Of a stretch of 31,328 nucleotides of DNA, positions 28,704-31,328 are shown piece by piece. The DNA is from Sphingosinicellaceae bacterium (lineage in GTDB: Bacteria > Pseudomonadota > Alphaproteobacteria > Sphingomonadales > Sphingomonadaceae). The position numbers were made by a program, and so were the translations under genes. Location: contig JAYVLC010000009.1 in assembly GCA_043759675.1 (NCBI GenBank), positions 1-31,328 on the forward strand, in the 5' to 3' direction. The notes under the pieces were generated by a model. That model did not search any database and was not told the DNA's origin. It saw nothing but the letters and a program-made list of their open reading frames with translations. Within the stretch, counting starts at the first letter, position 1. The number at the start of each line of letters is the position of its first letter.

Positions 28704-29009
28704 ATGGCGAAAAAGAGTTCGATCAACAAGAATGAGCGTCGCAAAGCGATGGTCAAGCAATATGCCGGCAAGTTTGCCGCGCTGAAGGCTGTGGCCAACG
28801 ACGAAACGCTCGACGACGCGGAGCGCCTGATGGCGCGCCTGAAGATGGCGACCTTGCCGCGCAATGCGAACCCGACCCGGGTTCGCAACCGCTGCATGGT
28901 AACCGGCCGTTCGCGCGCCGTTTATCGCAAGTTCAAACTGAGCCGGATCATGATCCGCGAATTGGGCAACAAAGGCCTGATTCCCGGTCTGACCAAGTCC
29001 AGCTGGTAA
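28704..29009 (+). CDS. rpsN: 30S ribosomal protein S14 (101-aa, non-zinc-ribbon type)
   Basis: [32 protein letters not shown]; only one Cys. Confidence 0.98.
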   Translation: MAKKSSINKNERRKAMVKQYAGKFAALKAVANDETLDDAERLMARLKMATLPRNANPTRVRNRCMVTGRSRAVYRKFKLSRIMIRELGNKGLIPGLTKSSW

Positions 29010-29022
29010 GGGAGGGTAAATC

Positions 29023-29418
29023 ATGTCGATGACCGATCCCCTGGGCGATATGCTCACCCGCATCCGCAACGGCCAACAGGCTCGCAAGGACAGTGTGCTG
29101 ACGCCAGCATCAAAGCTGCGCGCCCGCGTACTCGATGTGCTGCAGCGCGAAGGCTATATCCGCGGATATTCCGAGGATGTGACTGCCACGCACCCGGCAA
29201 TCCGCATCGAGCTGAAGTATTTCGAAGGCGCGCCGGCCATTCAATATGTCCAGCGCGTGTCGAAGCCAGGCCGCCGTGTCTATTCTGGCTCGAAAGAGCT
29301 GCCGCGGGTCCGCAACGGCCTTGGCATCACCATCATCTCGACGCCAAAGGGCGTTCTGTCCGACGCGGAAGCGCGCGAGCAGAATGTTGGCGGCGAGCTG
29401 CTCTGCCAGGTGTTCTGA
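29023..29418 (+). CDS. rpsH: 30S ribosomal protein S8
   Basis: [29 protein letters not shown]. Confidence 0.99.
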   Translation: MSMTDPLGDMLTRIRNGQQARKDSVLTPASKLRARVLDVLQREGYIRGYSEDVTATHPAIRIELKYFEGAPAIQYVQRVSKPGRRVYSGSKELPRVRNGLGITIISTPKGVLSDAEAREQNVGGELLCQVF

Positions 29419-29420
29419 TC

Positions 29421-29954
29421 ATGTCACGCATTGGAAAGAAGCCGGTTCCAGTTCCGGCCGGTGTCACCGCCGCCATCGAGAACGGCACCCTGTCGGTCGC
29501 CGGACCAAAGGGCGTCCTCACGCTGAAGACCTCTGACGACATCACCTACACCATCGGCGAGGGCGAGATTAAGGTCATGCCCGCCAACGAGACCAAGCGT
29601 GCACGCGCCTTCTGGGGCATGCAGCGGACGCTCGTTTCGAACCTGGTGGTTGGCGTATCCGACGGGTTCACCAAAATTCTCGACATCACCGGCGTCGGTT
29701 ACCGGGCAGCAGCGCAGGGCGAAATCCTGAACCTGCAGCTCGGCTACAGCCACCACGTCAACTACGCGATCCCGACGGGTATCACGATCAAAACGCCGGA
29801 TCAGACCACAGTCGAAATCTCCGGTGCTGATCGCCAGAAGGTTGGTCAGGTTGCTGCTGAAATCCGTCGCTGGCGCAAGCCCGAGCCTTACAAGGGCAAG
29901 GGTATCAAATACCGCGGTGAACGTATCTTCCGCAAAGAAGGGAAGAAGAAATAG
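29421..29954 (+). CDS. rplF: 50S ribosomal protein L6
   Basis: [27 protein letters not shown]. Confidence 0.99.
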   Translation: MSRIGKKPVPVPAGVTAAIENGTLSVAGPKGVLTLKTSDDITYTIGEGEIKVMPANETKRARAFWGMQRTLVSNLVVGVSDGFTKILDITGVGYRAAAQGEILNLQLGYSHHVNYAIPTGITIKTPDQTTVEISGADRQKVGQVAAEIRRWRKPEPYKGKGIKYRGERIFRKEGKKK

Positions 29955-29956
29955 CC

Positions 29957-30313
29957 ATGGCGAAGAATCTTTCCCTGTTCGAACGTCGCCGCCAACGGGT
30001 GCGGACCTCGCTCCGCAAGAATGCGGGCGGACGTCCACGCCTGTCGGTGCACCGTTCGTCGCAGCATATCTATGCACAGATCATCGACGATGCAGCCGGG
30101 CAGACGCTCGCGTCGGCATCGACGCTGGAAAAGGACGGGCGCGGGTCAACCGGCGCTACAGCAGCGGCGGCTGGCGATGTCGGCAAGCGGCTGGCAGAGC
30201 GCGCCAAGGCTGCAGGCGTCAGCACGGTCGTGTTCGACCGTGGCGGCTTCCTGTTCCACGGACGCGTCAAGGCGCTGGCGGAAGCTGCCCGCGAAGCCGG
30301 ATTGGAGTTCTAA
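29957..30313 (+). CDS. rplR: 50S ribosomal protein L18
   Basis: [33 protein letters not shown]. Confidence 0.99.
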   Translation: MAKNLSLFERRRQRVRTSLRKNAGGRPRLSVHRSSQHIYAQIIDDAAGQTLASASTLEKDGRGSTGATAAAAGDVGKRLAERAKAAGVSTVVFDRGGFLFHGRVKALAEAAREAGLEF

Positions 30314-31033
30314 ATGGCTGACGACAACATTCCTTCGGCTGATGCCGCACCTGGTGGTGATGCCCCCCGCAGCCCGCGCGGCGGACGTGGCCGTGCAGGT
30401 CCAGGCGGCGGCGCAGGCGCAGGTCGTGGCCCCGGCGGCGACCGCAATCGCGGTGGCCGTCGTGACGATCGGCGTCAGGGCGCGACCGACGATCAGGGCA
30501 ATGAACTGATCGAGAAGCTGGTCCACATCAACCGCGTGTCCAAGACCGTGAAGGGTGGAAAGCGCTTCGGCTTTGCAGCTCTGGTGGTCGTCGGCGACGG
30601 CAAGGGTCGCGTCGGCTTTGGCAAGGGCAAGGCCCGCGAGGTGCCTGAGGCTATCCAGAAGGGTACCGCTGCTGCCAAGAAGGCGATGGTTCGTGTCCCG
30701 CTTCGCGATGGCCGCACGCTGCACCATGATGCTTACGGGCATTTCGGCGCCGGCAAGGTCCATGTTCGGTCGGCACCGCAAGGGACTGGCATCATCGCCG
30801 GTGGTCCAATGCGCGCGATTTTCGAATCATTGGGGGTTGCCGACGTCGTGACCAAGTCGGTTGGGACCAACAATCCGTACAATATGATCCGTGCAACGTT
30901 TGAGGCGCTGACGGCGCAGACGTCGCCGAAGTCAGTTGCACAGCGTCGTGGCAAGAAGATCGCTGACCTGATTGGGCGGCGTGGCGACGCAAAGGGCGCG
31001 GCTGTTGAAGCCGAAGCCGAACTCGCTGTCTGA
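30314..31033 (+). CDS. rpsE: 30S ribosomal protein S5 with long Gly/Arg-rich N-terminal extension
   Basis: [31 protein letters not shown]. Confidence 0.98.
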   Translation: MADDNIPSADAAPGGDAPRSPRGGRGRAGPGGGAGAGRGPGGDRNRGGRRDDRRQGATDDQGNELIEKLVHINRVSKTVKGGKRFGFAALVVVGDGKGRVGFGKGKAREVPEAIQKGTAAAKKAMVRVPLRDGRTLHHDAYGHFGAGKVHVRSAPQGTGIIAGGPMRAIFESLGVADVVTKSVGTNNPYNMIRATFEALTAQTSPKSVAQRRGKKIADLIGRRGDAKGAAVEAEAELAV

Positions 31034-31043
31034 GGATAGAGCA

Positions 31044-31220
31044 ATGGCAACCATCAAAGTCACGCAGACCGGATCCCCGATCCGCCGCCAACCGGACCAG
31101 CGTGCAACGCTGGTTGGGCTGGGGCTGAACAAGATGCACAAGACGCGCGAGCTGGAGGATACGCCTTCGGTGCGCGGCATGATCCGCAAAGTCAGTCACA
31201 TGGTAAGGGTCGAGTCGTAG
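31044..31220 (+). CDS. rpmD: 50S ribosomal protein L30
   Basis: [33 protein letters not shown]; start ATG 31044. Confidence 0.97.
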   Translation: MATIKVTQTGSPIRRQPDQRATLVGLGLNKMHKTRELEDTPSVRGMIRKVSHMVRVES

Positions 31221-31238
31221 TTTAAATCACCGCTCTTG

Positions 31239-31318
31239 CCGTCATCCTGACGAAAGTCAGGACCTCGTCGAGAGTAGTTGATGGCCATTGGAGGTCCTGA
31301 CTTTCGTCAGGATGACGG
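31239..31318. repeat. CGTC-type REP dimer with perfect 28-bp inverted arms
   Basis: CCGTCATCCTGACGAAAGTCAGGACCTC (31239-31266)/GAGGTCCTGACTTTCGTCAGGATGACGG (31291-31318), 24-bp spacer; the left arm folds as CCTGAC-GAAA-GTCAGG. Confidence 0.85.
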
Positions 31319-31328
31319 GGCGTTTTGA

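Noticed and set aside
1-31328. tRNA, rRNA, integrase or transposase genes
   Set aside because: None recognisable; intergenic spaces are short and accounted for.

Overview
High-GC alphaproteobacterial chromosome segment, probably Sphingomonadales (inferred from r-protein sequence style and gene order). The left part is housekeeping (addB, 5'-truncated; addA; trxA; divergent argJ/secA) with accessory genes wedged in. These are a 55-aa membrane protein antisense to the end of addA, a lone GSU2403-type nucleotidyltransferase preceded by three related inverted repeats (10-9-10 architecture), a Phd/YefM-VapC toxin-antitoxin pair coupled to a secreted amidohydrolase, an APC permease coupled to an orphan LanC-like enzyme with a CCG zinc motif and no precursor peptide or dehydratase in view, and a 114-aa membrane protein. 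From 17.8 kb onward lies the contiguous str-S10-spc cluster (rpsL to rpmD), with a structured rpsL leader and two CGTC-type REP dimers. The best candidates for undescribed biology are the nucleotidyltransferase with its triple palindrome array and the permease/orphan LanC-like operon. No database searches were run; all family calls come from recognised motifs.
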